This document shows, piece by piece, positions 23,710-37,438 of a stretch of DNA of 64,000 nucleotides. The notes below the pieces were generated by a model. That model did not search any database. It was not told the origin of the DNA and saw only the letters and a list, made by a program, of their open reading frames with translations. How positions within the stretch are numbered: position 1 is the first letter of the stretch; each line of letters opens with the position of its first letter. Location of the stretch: positions 77,004,001 through 77,068,000 of the forward strand of contig CM126217.1 of NCBI GenBank assembly GCA_052327205.1, given 5' to 3'. This DNA is from Somniosus microcephalus. Lineage: Eukaryota. A program made the position numbers and the translations under genes.

Positions 23710-24859
23710 TACTGATTGCGTGTGAGGAGTTTCTTCAAGGGAAAAAGGGAACGGAGCAGAAAAGGGCCTGATAGAGTATAGTGAGCACTCGGCCCTCGTG
23801 TGTTTGCCAGACTTCAATAACATGAGTGGAGGGTGGAGGGACAGTGGACGCACTCCCCAAATTCAGTATTGAAGTTTAAGTAAATAAATTGCTAACAAAG
23901 ACTTGAAATGAATTGAGAGGTTTGGTGGGATGGTGGTGATGGCAGTGGAGGAGGGTGTGGGCAGAAGAGGGGTGTTGCTGAGAGGGAATAATAGAGTTGA
24001 TTTAGGTGGGAAGTGGTAGTAATGGAGGTTGAAAGAGGCCCATGGTCTGAGCAGGCAGAGATGGTGCTGGAAGAGGGGAAAAGGGAAGCAACTTGATAGA
24101 AGAGGAAAGTCAGGAATGCTGGAGGAAGGGAATAATTCTGCTGCGCAAGCTCTGACTGGTCTTAATGAATATCCTAAAAATGAGCTTAGGACCCTCATTT
24201 CAATAGTGAAATGAGGCCTGCGTGGCGTCCACCTAAAAATAGGCATTGACAAATTTAGAGCTGGCCAAAACACCTGCACAAATCGGCCGCAGGCAGTCTT
24301 TCTGCTAAATTTGTCATTGTTGTGCCTGCTCTATGCCTGTAAAACAGGTGTGACATTGTTGAATTTTGGCCCCAATAAGTGCTGGAAGTGGGCATGGTTC
24401 TCTGCTGCTAATGTAGACTTAAAAATTTACTCCCTGATATATTATAGATTAGAGTGAGAGGTGATTTCAGCGGCCATCTCCGTCTAGCCTAAGATTTTTG
24501 GTGGAAGATTAAATTTTAATGTAACAGAGACATATTCACAATCAGATCATTAACCTCACCCATATAAATGCTTCTGCTGTGTTGCAAGGCAGTCTAGTGC
24601 TTGTTCTGAAGAGGCAATTCCCTCACTAATGAGTTTGGCTGTAGAATTTGTGTCCTTTATGCAGGATTTCATTCTTTCAAAGAAGCTATTGCCCATTTTT
24701 GCCTTAAAATTGGGCATGTTGCATCAATCCAATCATGTGTGATCAGGCCCACTTTTGCTGAAACCACTTATTTTTGACTTTAGAGGTGTTGGGTACATTA
24801 ATTGTCTTTTTATTTCTTAATTACTTTCCATTATGGATGTTTTGTCCATTACTTTTTTT

Positions 24860-25272
24860 TAAGTGTCAGTGGGTAGCACTCTCGCCTTCTAAGTCTAGAA
24901 GATTGAGGGTTCAAGTCCCACTCCAGACACTTGAGCACAAAAATCGAGGCTGATACTCCAGTGCCGTACTGTTGGAGGTGCTGTCTTTCGGGTGAGATGT
25001 CAAACCGAGGCCTTGTCTGCTCTCTCAGCGGGATGTAAATGATCTCATGGCACTATTTCAAAGCAAAAGCAAAGGTGTTATCTCTGGTGTCTGGCCAATA
25101 TTTATCCCTCAATTAACATCACTAAAACAGATTATGTGGTCATTATCACATTGCTGTTTGTGGGAGCTTGCTGTGCACAAATTGGCTGCTGTGTTTTCCT
25201 ACATTACAACAATGACTACACTTCAAAACTATTTCCAATGGTCGTGAAAGGTGCTATATAAATGCAAGTCTT
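24860..25272 (+). mobile_element. tRNA-derived SINE with L2-type tail (SacSINE1/DeuSINE-like)
   Basis: B-box-like GGTTCAAGTCCC and 3' tail GTGAAAGGTGCTATATAAATGCAAG shared with the L2 fragments. Confidence 0.7.
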
Positions 25273-25496
25273 TTTTTTCTTTCATTTAAATCAGGTCCTG
25301 ATCATGCATGTGCAGCCTGACTTGGTCCTCTGGTCATTGGTGATTGGCCCAATTTCCTGGGACCCATGGCTTTTCATAACAATCAAATTGAAATATTGAT
25401 AAAGTATTTATCTTTTTCACAATTTTTTTATTGTTTCTGGTTTTTTTTGGTCTTTTTTCCTTTACCGTGCAGCTTGATCTTGCAAATTGCTTGTGT

Positions 25497-28400
25497 TAAG
25501 AACGTAAGAATTAGGAGCAGGAATAGGCCATACGGCCCTTTGAGCCTGCTCCGCCATTCAATAAGATCATGGCTGATCTTCGACTTCAACTCCACTTTCC
25601 TGCCCAATCCCCATATCTCTTGATTCTACTAGAGTCCAAAAATCTATCTACCTCAGCCTTGAGTATACGCAACGACTCAGCACCCACAGTCCTTTGGGCT
25701 AGTGAATTCCGAAGATTCACACCCCTCTGAGTAAAGCAATTACTCCTCATCTCAGTCTTAAATTGTCTACCTCTTATCCTGAGACTATGCCCCCTAGTTC
25801 TAGACTCTCTAGCCAGGGGAAACAGCCTCTCAGCAACTACCCTGCCAATCACCCTCAGAATCTTGTATGTTTCAATGAGATCACCTCTCATTCTTCTAAA
25901 CCCCAGAGAGTATAGGCTCAATCTCTCCTCATAGGACAACCCTCTCATCCCAGGGATCAATCTAGTGAACCTTCATTGCACCACCTCTAAGGCATGTATG
26001 TCCTTTCTCAGATAAAGAGACCAAATCTATGTACAGTACGCCACATGTGGTCTCACCAAAGCCCTGTACAATTGTAGTAAGACTTCCTTACTTTTGTACT
26101 TCAAGCCCCTTGCAATAGAAACATAGAAACATAGAAGATAGGAGCAGGAGTAGGCCATTCGGCCCCTTGAGCCTGCTCCGCAATTCAATGCGATCATGGC
26201 TGATCATCCAAACTCAGTACCCTGTCCCTGCTTTCTCCCCAAATCCTTTGATCCCTTTAGCCTTAAGAAATATATCTAACTCCTTCATGAATATATTTAA
26301 TGAATTGGCCTCAACTGCCTTCTGTGGTAGAGAATTCCACAGGTTCACCACTCTCTGGGTGAAGAAATTCCTCCTCATCTCAGTCCTAAATGGCTTACCC
26401 CTTATCCTTAGACTGTGACCCCTGGTTCTGGACTCCCCCGTCATCAGGAACATCCTTCCTGCATCAAGTCTGTCTAGTCCTGTTAGAATTTTATAAGTTT
26501 CAATGAGATCCCCTCTCATTCTTCTAAACTTTAGCGAATATAAGCCTAATCGACCCAATCTCTCTTCATAAGTCATTCCTGCCATCCCAGGTATCAATCT
26601 GGTGAATTTTCCCTCCATGGCAAGAACATCCTTCCTCAGATAAGGTGACCAAAACTGCACACAATACTCAAGGTGTGGTCTCACCAAGGCCCTGTACAAC
26701 TGCAGCAAGACATCCTTGCTCCTGTACTCGAATTCTCTCGCTATGAAGGCCAACATACTATTTGCCTTCTTAACCGCCTGCTGCACCTGCATGCTTACCT
26801 TCAGTGACTGGTGCACAAGGACACCCAGGTCTCGTTGCACTTCCCCTTTTCCCAATCTATTGCCGTTTAGATCATAATCTGCCTTCCTGTTTTTGCCACC
26901 AAAGTGGATAACCTCGCATTTATCCACATAATACTGCATCTGCCATGCATCTGCCCAATCACCCAACCTGTCCAAATCATGCTGGAGTTTCTCTGCATCC
27001 TCCTCACAGCACACACGCCCACCCAGCTTTGTGTCATCTGCAAACTTGGAGATATTACATCTACTTCCCTCGTCTAGATCATTAATATATATTGTGAATA
27101 ACTGGGATCCTAGCACCGATCCCTGCGGTACCCCACTAGTCACTGCCTGCCACTCGGAAAAAGACCCGTTTATTCCAACTCTTTGCTTCCTGCCTGCGAA
27201 CCAGTTTTCTATCCAAGTCAGTATCTTACCCCCAATCCCATGTGGTTTAACATTGCACGCTAGTCTCTTATGCAGGACCTTATCGAAAGCCTTCTGAAAG
27301 TCCAAATATATCAGATCCACTGGTTCTCCCTATTCTACTAGTTACATCCTCAAAAATTTCCAGTAGATTAGTCAAGCATGATTTACTTTTGTAAATCCAT
27401 GTTGAAATTTGTCTGATCCTGTCACTGTTTTCCAAGTGCTCTGCTATTACATCTTTTATAATGGACTCCAGCATTTTCCCCACTGCCGATGTTAGGCTTA
27501 CTGGTCTATAATTCCCTGTTTTCTCTCTACCACCTTTTTTAAATAGTGGGGTAACATTAGCTACCCGCCAATCCATGGGTACCGTTCCAGAGTCTATCGA
27601 GTTCTAGAAGATGACCAGCAATGCATCTATTATTTCTAGGGCCACTTCCTTAAGTACCCTGGGATGTAGATTATCAGGCCCTGGGGATTTATCGGCCTTC
27701 AGTCCCATCAATTTTCCTAACAGCAGTTCCACCCTTTCATCAGACCCTATGTTCCCCGGCATCTCTGGGAGGTTATTTGTGTCCTCCTTTGTGAAGACAG
27801 AACCAAAATATGTATTTAGTTGGTCTGCCATGTCTTTGTTCCCCATTATAAATTCCCCTGATTCTGACTGCAAGGGACCTACGCTTGACTTCCCCAATCT
27901 TTTTCTCTTCACATATCTATAAAAGCTTTTACAGTCAGTTTTTATGTTCTCTGCAAGCTTACTCTCATATTCTATTTTCCCTTTCTTAATTAATCCCTTT
28001 GTCCTCCTTTGTTGAATCCTAAACTGCTCCCAATCCTCAGGATTATTGCTTTTTCTGGCCAATTTATATGCCCTCTCCTTGGACCTTATGCTATCCCTAA
28101 TTTCCCTTGTTAGCCACGGTTAAGTCACCTTTTTTGTTTTATTTTTATGCCAAACTGGGATGAACAAATTCTGTAGTTCATCCATTCGGTCTTTGAATGT
28201 TTGCCATTGCCTATCCACCGTCAACCCTTTGAGTGCCATTCCCCAATCAATCCTACCCAACTCGCTCCTCAGACCATCGTAGTTTCCTTTATTTAAATTG
28301 AGGACCCTAGTCTCCGAGTCAACTACTTCATTCTCCATCTTAATGAAGAATTCGATCATATTATGATCGCTCCGACCCAAGGGGCCTCGTACAACAAGAT

Positions 28401-29640
28401 TGCTAATTAATCCTTTCTCATTACATAATACCCAGTCTAAGATGGCCTGATCTCTGGTTGGTTCCTCGACATATTGGTCCAGGAAACCATCCCGTAAACA
28501 CCCCAGGAATTCCTCCTCCACAATATTGTTACTCATTTGGTTGGCCCAATCTATATGTAGATTAAAGTCGCCCATGATGACTGCTGTGCCCTTATTGCAT
28601 GCTTCTTTAATTTCTCTTTTAGTGCCATCCCCAACCTCCGCCTTACTGTTTGGAGGTCTATAAACCACTCTCACTAACATTTTTTTCCCCTTAGTATTTC
28701 TCAATTCTACCCATACAGATATTAATTACCCTTTAATTAATTCAAATTAAATTAAATCAAATCAATAGCACCAATTGCACTACAATTATATGATATACTC
28801 AAGGGCCCTTTTTTACTAGCACTCCCCGCTACACAACGGAGACCTTAGAAACTATAACCACAAAATTAAGACCATCTAAACTTTATAAACTATTAAGCTT
28901 AACTGTCAAACTATAGAGTTGTATAAATACTCACCTGGCCGTACTCACCCAATCAGCTGCTTCCTCTTGCCCGCGTCACTTTTTGAATCTTGACATGGCT
29001 CTGGAACGCCACCGCCGGTCTGCAAGATTGGTAAGCCTCTGCAAAAAGCCCGCAAAAGTGAGTTTAAGTGCTTACTGAACCGCCGCTCTCACCGCTCCCA
29101 ACACTGGCCTCTGCAAAAAAGCCCGCGAAAGTGACTTTAAGTACCAATAAAGGCGAACGTGCCATTTGCCTTCCTAATTGCTTGCTGTACCTGCCTGTTA
29201 ACTTTCTATGTTTCCTGTACGAGGACACCTAAATCTCTCTGAACACAAACAATTAATAGTTTCTCACCATTTAAAAAAGATTCTGTTTTTCTATTCGTCC
29301 TACCAAAGTGAATAACCTCACATTTCCCCACATTATACTCCATCTGCCACCTTACCTTATTGCCCACTAACTTAACCTGTCTTTACCCCTTTACAGGCTC
29401 TTTGTGTCCTCGTCGCAGCTTACTTTCCCACCTAGCTTTGTAACGTGAGCAAACTTGGATACATTGCACTCGGTCTCTTCATCGAAGTCATTAATATAGA
29501 TTGTAAATAGCTGAGGCCCCAACACTGATCCTTGTGGCGCCCCACCAGTTATAGCCTGCCAACCGGAAGATGACCCATTTATCCCTACTCTCTGTTTTCT
29601 GTGCATTAACCAATCCTCTATCCATGCTAATATATTACAC
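25497..29640 (-). pseudogene. Older 5'-truncated CR1 (25497-26117 plus 29145-29640) split by a younger CR1
   Basis: ORFs 25586-25960 and 29391-29606; the sequence CCCTTGCAATA|AAGGCGAAC rejoins across the insert. Confidence 0.85.
26118..29144 (-). mobile_element. CR1 LINE with 5' UTR, ORF1 deleted, and fragmented ORF2
   Basis: APE and RT ORF pieces between 26214 and 28704, (CTATGTTT)n tail, flanked by a CAATA duplication (26113-26117, 29145-29149). Confidence 0.88.
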
Positions 29641-31292
29641 CCATGTTGTTTTACCTTCTTTATGTTGCTTTTTTGTAATTCAGTTTGTTATCTGATCTTA
29701 TTATAAACTGGCTCCTTAACATCCTTCCAGTATAAATATATCAACAATTGTAATTTTTATGAAATGTGGGCTGCCACATTATTTAATTTTGTTTCCCGGT
29801 TTCGGAATTCAACACATATTGCAGAGGTTCAGATGGAATAAGCACTCACAAAATTATTACAACCCTTCTAATGCTTCTGAGTTGAAATCACACTTTGCGT
29901 TGTTAGTCATTTACCTGTTAACACCTTTGTATGAAATTGCATTGTCCACAATTTGAATAGCTAGTATCACACAACATAATTTCAATTTGTTAATGTCTTC
30001 ACACCATTATTTAAGATGCAGCTCGGGGTTGCACAGGAAAAGCTTTGTTTACGGACTTTTGTGTTCGGGTTTTAGGTTGTGTCTTAGATTAGTGTCTGCA
30101 TCCTGCACTCAGCTGACTCAACACAGCGTAAAGTGGGCTGAAGGATGGCAAAGGTATTAGCATTGTGGCCAGAAGCTGAGGCGGAACATTGCACTGAATG
30201 TTACATGGTAGCTGTTATCGGCTAGTAATAATACTTTCAATCCATAAACAATATTCCAGTATTCACAGAGACAATGCTAATTGTAATCGCCATTTGAATT
30301 GTAATTTGGGTTTTTTGCACAAAGGACAAAGAACTCACTTGAAATGTAGATGTGATGCAGATGCAGATGTAATGCTTTTTGTATTGCAGTGTTTGTAGAC
30401 ACGCTTGTTCTATCTGACTACTCCTTCATAATGAGTGTGCTGTCCAAGTGTTTGCTCATGTCAGTCACCTGCTAGGTCAGAGTAAGGAGGTCAGATCCCG
30501 AGCCTGGTGCTGCTTGCAGCCTAGGAACCATGTTATTCACTATTTGTGTTTCTCAGACAGTTATATATTCAGCAGAAGAAAGGATTTACTGAAATAAGAC
30601 TAACAACCAATGTTCTATTTTACACCACAGCTTCCCATGGAGTAGTACAGAGCATTCATTCAGCACTGTGTTAAACATGAATTTATTTAATTAGGGAAAG
30701 GCACAAGACACCAGTCACCTTACCAACACCCTCATAAACGTCTTCATACAAGCAATATCAAGAACACAGAATCCCGTTTTTGCCAGCTTATCACGAAGGT
30801 TTCGAACAAACATATCTATCTGATCTGAATTCACGCAATCCTGATGAATGAAAAAGGGGCAAGCAGGACTTGTTGATTTTCTTACACAAAGGGAACAAGA
30901 AATTGTTTCAGTTTTGTGCATAATACCACGTAATAAGTATTTAAACACAAGAGGCAAATATAAAGAGGTGGTCATATTTTATTAGGGACAGAGAGATTTG
31001 TGGAAAATTAGCTAACCTTGAAACGTTCTGAAATCATAAAGAATATTATAATGGAGTGTCATCTTATTTGCTACCATAATTACAAAGGAGAAAGATGCAC
31101 TATGACCCTTTCTGTAAAATCAGTGCACTAAAAATGCTGAAGCTAAATTCCAATATTGTTGGGACAGAAAATATTTTGTCATGTGAATGCATAAAGTAGT
31201 TATTTTCTGACATAACAAACACAGGACATGCTAATTAAACCATTTTAGTAAAGAAGAAAATAAAATGGTAGACAATCCATTTGACAAGATAT

Positions 31293-32795
31293 TCTTTTTT
31301 ATTCATTTGTGGGATGTGGGCGTCGCTGGCAAGGCCAGCATTTACTGCCCAGCCCTAATTGCCCTCGAGAAGGTGGTGGTGAGCTGCCTTCTTGAACCGC
31401 TGCAGTCCGTGTGGTGAAGGTACTCCCACAGTGCTGTTAGGGAGTTCCAGGATTTTGACCCAGCAACAATGAAGGATTGGCGATATACTCCTAAGTCAGG
31501 ATGGTGTGTGACTTGGAGGGGAACTTGGGTGTAGTGATGTTCCCATGTGCCTGCTGCCCTTGTCCTTCTAGGTGGTAGAGGTCGCGGGTTTGGGAGGTGC
31601 TGCCGAAGAAGCCTTGGCGAGTTGCTGCAGTGCATCTTGTAGATGGTGCACGCTGCAGCCACGGTATGCCAGTGGTGGAGGGAGTGAATATTTAAGGCGG
31701 TGAATGAGGTGCCAATCAAGCGGGCTGCTTTGCCCTGTATGGTGTCGAACTTCTTAAGTGTTGTTGGAGCAGCACTCATCCAAGCAAGTGGAGAGTATTC
31801 CATCACACTCCTTACTTGTGCCTTGTAGATGGTAGAAAGGCTTTGGGGAGTCAGGAGGTGAGACAATCACCACAGAATACCTAGGGCTGGATTTTATCAA
31901 TGGAGGCGAGTAGGAGGCGGGACTCCCACTTTTGGGGTTGTAGTCCCGCCTCCATCGAGTTGTGGCTAACCCACTCGATTTTCACTTGATTGACCTTGTT
32001 GAGCCTGCCTAGCGGGCTCAGCAGGCCAATTAAGGGCCACCCGGCAACAGGTGACGTCACGGATTGACATTTCATCTGTCAAGAGCTTTTGACAGATGAT
32101 ATATCAGCGTTTGACAGCTCTTTGAAGCTGTCAAACTCTGACAATCTGTACACTAAGTTAATTCCTTCCTCTCAGGCTGATTTAGAGATCTCTTCTGAAC
32201 AGAAAGCAGAGGCTGCAGCTTTTGACAGCTCGCGGCCATTCTGCGTTCTGTGCCGGTGAGATGAGGGACTCCCGAGACCTGAAAGAAGGAAGCCTGCATT
32301 AGTAAGTAAAGGTAAGATAAACTTATTTAAACACTTTACACACACCAAACACACTTACCTCTGCACTCATGCACCCATCACTCACCTGAACACCGGACAT
32401 CTCGAACCCTCCAAGTCCTTCAGCCCGACGGTCCGCCTCGCTAACTTGGTGTGTTTTGGAGCCGTCGGGCAGCCCACACTTCAGTGATAAAAATAGGGAT
32501 TAGGCTAAAAATTGCCTGTTAACTACCTGTTAACAGGCAGTTAATTGGCACTAATCCCCTTCCCGCCTCGGGGAGGCAGCTCCCAGCACAGGTCAGGTAC
32601 CCACCTCCTGGGAAACGGGCATGGAGGCGGGTTGGGGGCGGGATGGGTTTGTGACCCCCAATTTTGTGATTTTAACACCTCACATGCCTCCATTCCTGCC
32701 TCCACAGCCCTGGGAAATTCTAGCCCCTAGTCTCTGACCTGCTCTTGTTGCCACAGTATTTACGTGGCTGGTCCAGTTAAGTTTCTGGTCAATGT
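31293..32795 (-). pseudogene. 3' fragment of a second LINE family (CR1 group, Zenon-like) interrupted by MITE B
   Basis: IYKAQVRSVMEYSPLAW...DTIQGKAARLIG and an A-rich tail. The same 3' end recurs at ~33965-34195. Confidence 0.7.
31884..32726. mobile_element. Harbinger-type MITE family B (opposite orientation)
   Basis: Ends GGGCTGGATTTT/AAATTCTAGCCC, TSD CTA. Confidence 0.85.
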
Positions 32796-32820
32796 AGCTA
32801 TGAAACACATCCATCAGTTT

Positions 32821-33101
32821 TGTGGGTTTTCTCCGGGTGCTCCGGTTTCCTCCCACAGTCCAAAGATGTGCGGGTTAGGTTGATTGGCCATGATAAAAAA
32901 ATTGGCCTTTAGTGTTAGGGGGGATTAAATACGTGGGGTTATGGGGTTACGGGGATAGGGCTTGTGTGGGATGGCTGTCGGTGTAGGGACCGGGTGCTAG
33001 GGTTTGGATGATCAGCCATGATCTCGTTGAATGGCGGAGCAGGCTCGAAGGGCCGAATGGCCTACTCCTGCTCCTATCTTCTATGTTTCTATGTTTCTAT
33101 G
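32821..33101 (+). mobile_element. HE1-like V-SINE fragment with CR1-derived tail
   Basis: V-domain GTGGGTTTTCTCCGGGTGCTCCGGTTTCCTCCCACAGTCCAAAGA, and a 3' end nearly identical to the CR1 3' UTR. Confidence 0.8.
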
Positions 33102-33239
33102 TATCAGTGTGTCAGGTTAAAAATGCAGAGAAAGCGTCAGAAAATAATACATACACGTCTATCGTCCACAATGAACAACTTAATTTAGGCTTATATGAGG
33201 CGTACATGTACATAGTCCACGTGAAACTGGTAAAAGCAT

Positions 33240-33625
33240 TAAATTGGCTCAGCTGCTAGCACTTTTGTCTCTGAGTCTGAAAACTTCTGCACTGAAAAGT
33301 CCCACAATGGAATTGAACACTTAATCTGGGCTGACAATTCAGTGCAATACTGAGGATTTCTGGGATGTTGGGGGTTCCACTTTTCAGATGAGATGCTATA
33401 TCGAGGCCCCATCTGCCTGCTCAGGTGGACGTAAAAAAAAAAATCATGGCACTATTTGAAGAAAAGCAGGGAGTTCTCCCAGTGTCCTCACTGACAGAAA
33501 AAAAAAATGATCTGGTCATTCATCCATTTGCTGTTTGTGGGACCTTGATGTACATGCTGAGTTGACTGGCTCACTGACTGCATTTTAAAAGTAATCCAGT
33601 GATTGTGAAGCACTTTGGGACATCA
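33240..33625 (+). mobile_element. Degenerate SacSINE1-like SINE
   Basis: Similarity to 24860-25272. Confidence 0.55.
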
Positions 33626-33781
33626 AGAGGAGGCGGTGTCAGAGGCAGCATTTTTTTCGGGGGGGTGGGGGTGTGGGCGGGGGTGGAGTTTGGATGTGAG
33701 TTTGCCAGAACAAACAAAACTACTTCAAAAGGTCTATTTTTCAAATAGGAATTTCACAATAAGGATGAATTGAAACATTAT

Positions 33782-36300
33782 GGGGGAAAACTTCGTGGCC
33801 CCCACGAGAGTTGCCGGTGTTTCCGGCAACTCGGGTTAACGGCCGCTGAAAATGAAGCATGACTGGCGAAGAATTCACGCTGGGGGCTAGCCCAGCGCTA
33901 ACTTACTGTGTAACGCCCTCCTGGTGGCGTTAGTGCAGGCATGGAAGTTGAATTTTTTTAAATATTTGTTCCTGGGATGTGGGCGTCGCTGGCAAGGCCA
34001 GCATTTATTGCCCATCCCTACTTGCCCTTGAGAAGGTGTGGTGAGCCGCCTTCTTGAACCGCTGCAGTCCGTGTGGTGAAGGTGCTCCCACAGTGCTGTT
34101 AGGGAGGGAGTTCCAAGATTTTGAACCAGCGACGATGAAGGATCGGCAATATATTCCCAAGGATGCTGTGTGACTTGAAGGGGAACTTGGAGGGTTCCTG
34201 TCCTGAAGTGTTGTTCCCGCTTCTAACAGCCTCTGGGGGTGAGGCTGTGGAGTTCGCAAGGAATTGTGGGTAATTAAAAGGGCTAGGAATTAAAAGGGCA
34301 ATGCATTCAGAACCAGTAAAAATTTAAATGAAGTGAAAAAATGCAGTTTTCAGCCCTTATTGCCTTTTTAAAAAAAAATTAAAAGAAGTCCCATATGGGA
34401 GCACTAAAGCTGAATTCCCTTCCGAATCACAAAAAATGGTAAAACTACTTCAGCACTAACACAAATCACTCAGCAAGCCAGCGAAGGGGCATGAAGGGTC
34501 TCACACACAACACTCCAGCTTTGTGCAGGGGGTCAACACTGCAACCCTACCCACAGGGGCCAGGAAGCCCTTCAGAAAGAACGCTGTGGGACTACATCAC
34601 TGAGGCCATCACTGCCAGCAGTCTCGCCCCCACCACCTGGCTCCAGTGCCCAAAGAAGCTTCATGACCTCAGACCACTGGTCAAGGTCAGTGAATGCATC
34701 TTCAAAAGTCCTCATCTACCAACTGCACCACTAGCCTCACACACTGCTCATTGCACGATTCCCCCCCCCCCCCAATCACTCACCTACCAACAATCTGCAC
34801 CAATCACGAGGCACATCTCCCATTCCTAGCCTCACCTTACCCCCTTGGAATAGATGGTGCAGGCCATTCTTGGCAGGGGCATGGCTGAGCCCTTGGCCAG
34901 CAGCAGGGCAGAAAGGATACAAGATGCTGGTATCCTCACACATTATCCTCCGTCTCGCATGCACCTCTTGCTTTCCCACCCTCCCCTCACCACAACTCCA
35001 CCTTTGTGCCTTCCTCATTTCACACACCCAAGAAATGCAGCCTGCCCAGCCAGTGGTTGGCCAAGAAGAGGGAAAAGAGAGTGAAGAAAAAGAAGAAGAA
35101 GAAACACGTCACTTGATTTCACACTCCCAGCCACCAGCTCCTCAAGGTCGATCAGCAAGGCCATTTGCAGTGTCCCCCACTGAAAGTCAGCAGTCTTCTA
35201 CCAGCCATGCTGCAGCCATTGGGGTAGCACAGCATGACATCAGTAGGATATGCAAAGGCACACACAAGACAGTCACTAAGAGAATGCATAAGGGTGATGA
35301 GTTGATTTCTTAATGTCATATTGAATGGATAGATGTATAAAGTTGGATTGGAAAGTTTGCTTTGTGGTGGCTTTTATTTCAGTTTCATGGCCAAGAGGAC
35401 GCTCTGATGGTCAGTAACAGAGGGAAGGTAAGGTGTGGGACTAATGTTGAAAGGGCAATTGGGGTTGTAGTCACTGGTACCACAGGTGGATGATTCCATC
35501 CTGACCAGAAAGGGGCTGTCTGGGTTGCATTCTTCATTCTGCTTCCCTCTCTTCTGTTTTCTCCTTTTCTGCTTCTTCCTATTCTGCTTCCTCCTCTTCT
35601 GCTTCTTCCTCTTCTGCTTCTTCCTCTTCTCCTTCCTCCTCTTCTCCTTCCTCCTCTTCTCCTTCCTCCTCTTCGGCTTCTTCCTCTTCGGCTTCTTCCT
35701 CTTCGGCTTCTTCCTCTTCTGCGTCTTCCTCTTCCCTCTGTGAGTGGATGCTGTAAATCTGAAATGACAGCATAAAATTCTGGAAATACTCAGCAGGTCA
35801 GGCAGCATGTTGAACTGAGACGTGAACTCTGTTTCTCTCTCCATGGATGTTACCTGACCTGCTGAGTATTTGCAGCTTTTTCTGTCTTCTCAGAGGCCTT
35901 CCTTTACCATCCAAGACCTTGCAAGTATCCAGCAGCACTCCCTACACTCTTAAAAAACTTGTAACATCTATTGCAGCAAGCCACTAGTTCAGTAAAATCA
36001 ACAAAAAAACCAGACTAAAAGCTTAAATGCAAACCTACCTGAAAGATGTGTGTGCCCCTTTTAAGAGGTGCTGGCATTGCCTGTCAGTCTGCTTGCACGC
36101 TGGTTTTACCTGGAGTGCTTACACTTCAGCGCAAAGGTCTAAATTCACCGTGGTGATGTTAAGTCAGCGTTGCAGGCCAACTGACGTCACCACTCCCTCA
36201 TTTATCAATAGTCTATCAATAGCTTCTCTGCTATTAAGTGCAACATCCCGATGAACATTTAAAAGTGGAAGCCCAACTCATCAGTTTTCACTGGTCGAAT
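33782..36300. mobile_element. Decayed Harbinger element (Myb/SANT remnant on plus strand)
   Basis: LWDYITEAITASSLAPTTWLQCPKKLHDL at ~34580-34690 resembles the Myb exon at 50481-50726 and ends at a similar donor. Boundaries are approximate. Confidence 0.55.
35530..35740 (-). repeat. 15-bp Glu-coding low-complexity repeat (EEEEA/EEEEG)
   Basis: (CTTCTTCCTCTTCGG)-type units. Confidence 0.85.
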
Positions 36301-36429
36301 TGTGGAACTGACTAGCTCTGAAAGAAGATGTGTTGTTTCTGTGTTTTATCAAGTGATCTAAAGCACATTCCTTCAAAAGAAGGAATGGTCTGATTACAAA
36401 ATACGTAGACATTTTAAGTAGTGTTCAAA

Positions 36430-36970
36430 TAACAACTTGCATTTATATAGCACCTTTAACATAGTAAAACATCCCAAAGGGCTTCACAGGAGTATTATCA
36501 AAATTTTTTTGACACCGAGCCACATAAGCCACATATTAGGACTGGTGACCAAAAGCTTGGTCAAAGATGTAGGTTTTAAGGAGTGTCTTAAAGGACGAGA
36601 GAGAGGCTAAGAGGCTTAGAGAGGGAATCCCAGAGCTTAGGACCTAGGCAGCTGAATGCACGGCCACCAATGGTAGAGCAAAGAAAATCAGGGATGCGTG
36701 AGAGGCCAGAAATGGAGGAGCACAGAGATCAGAGAGGGCTGGAGGAGGTTACATAGATAGGGAGGAGCGAGTCCGTGGAGGGATTTAAAAATAATGATAC
36801 GAATTTCAGAATTGAGGCGTTGCCGGACCGGGAGCCAATGTAGGTCAACGAGCACAGGGCTAATGGGTGAACAGGACTTGGTGCGAGTTAGCACCAGGAT
36901 TTTGGATGAGCTCAAGTTTACAGAGGGTGCAAGGTGGGAGGCCGGCCACGAGAGCATTGAAATAGTCTGA
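36430..36970 (-). pseudogene. L2 LINE 3' fragment
   Basis: SPISPVLVDLHWLPVRQR...FKSLHGLAPPYL and an L2 tail. Confidence 0.85.
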
Positions 36971-37438
36971 ACACCCTGAACAACCCTTCTGCCTAGATGA
37001 TAAGGTGCTTTATAATTGTAAGTTTGTTCTTTCTTTAAACTCTTCCAAAATACTGAAAAAAATTGAATGCCATGAACTTTTAATTTTATCCAGAAATTAT
37101 TTTCATTACTTTCTTCTCTGTTTTTACTTCCTCAGCCCTTTATCTTATTTTTTGAATCTTTATTTAATTAAAATTTTCCTTCTTGCATGTTTTCTTTCAG
37201 CATGACTTTTGACTTCTTTGTTTCCCATTCTCTTTTTATCTTTCTTTTGTCTTTTGTCGTTTACTATCCTCAGAACAGAAACTCATAACCATATCCTTTA
37301 GAAACCTATGAATCAGTTGGAGCAATCTCTTCATTGCCATTGCTAATTGTCAGGCTGAAGTCAGGAAAGAAATCAGTGAAGAAGTTTGGATGTATTCAGG
37401 AGCAGGAACAGTGAGTCAGGATGGAAGTGAATACAGCC

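Noticed and set aside
24860-24930. Possible tRNA gene
   Set aside because: It is only the degenerate tRNA-derived head of a SINE, with no complete cloverleaf.
35374-35844. Lys/Arg-rich, Phe/Leu-rich and poly-Glu ORFs
   Set aside because: They are alternative frames of a single low-complexity repeat.
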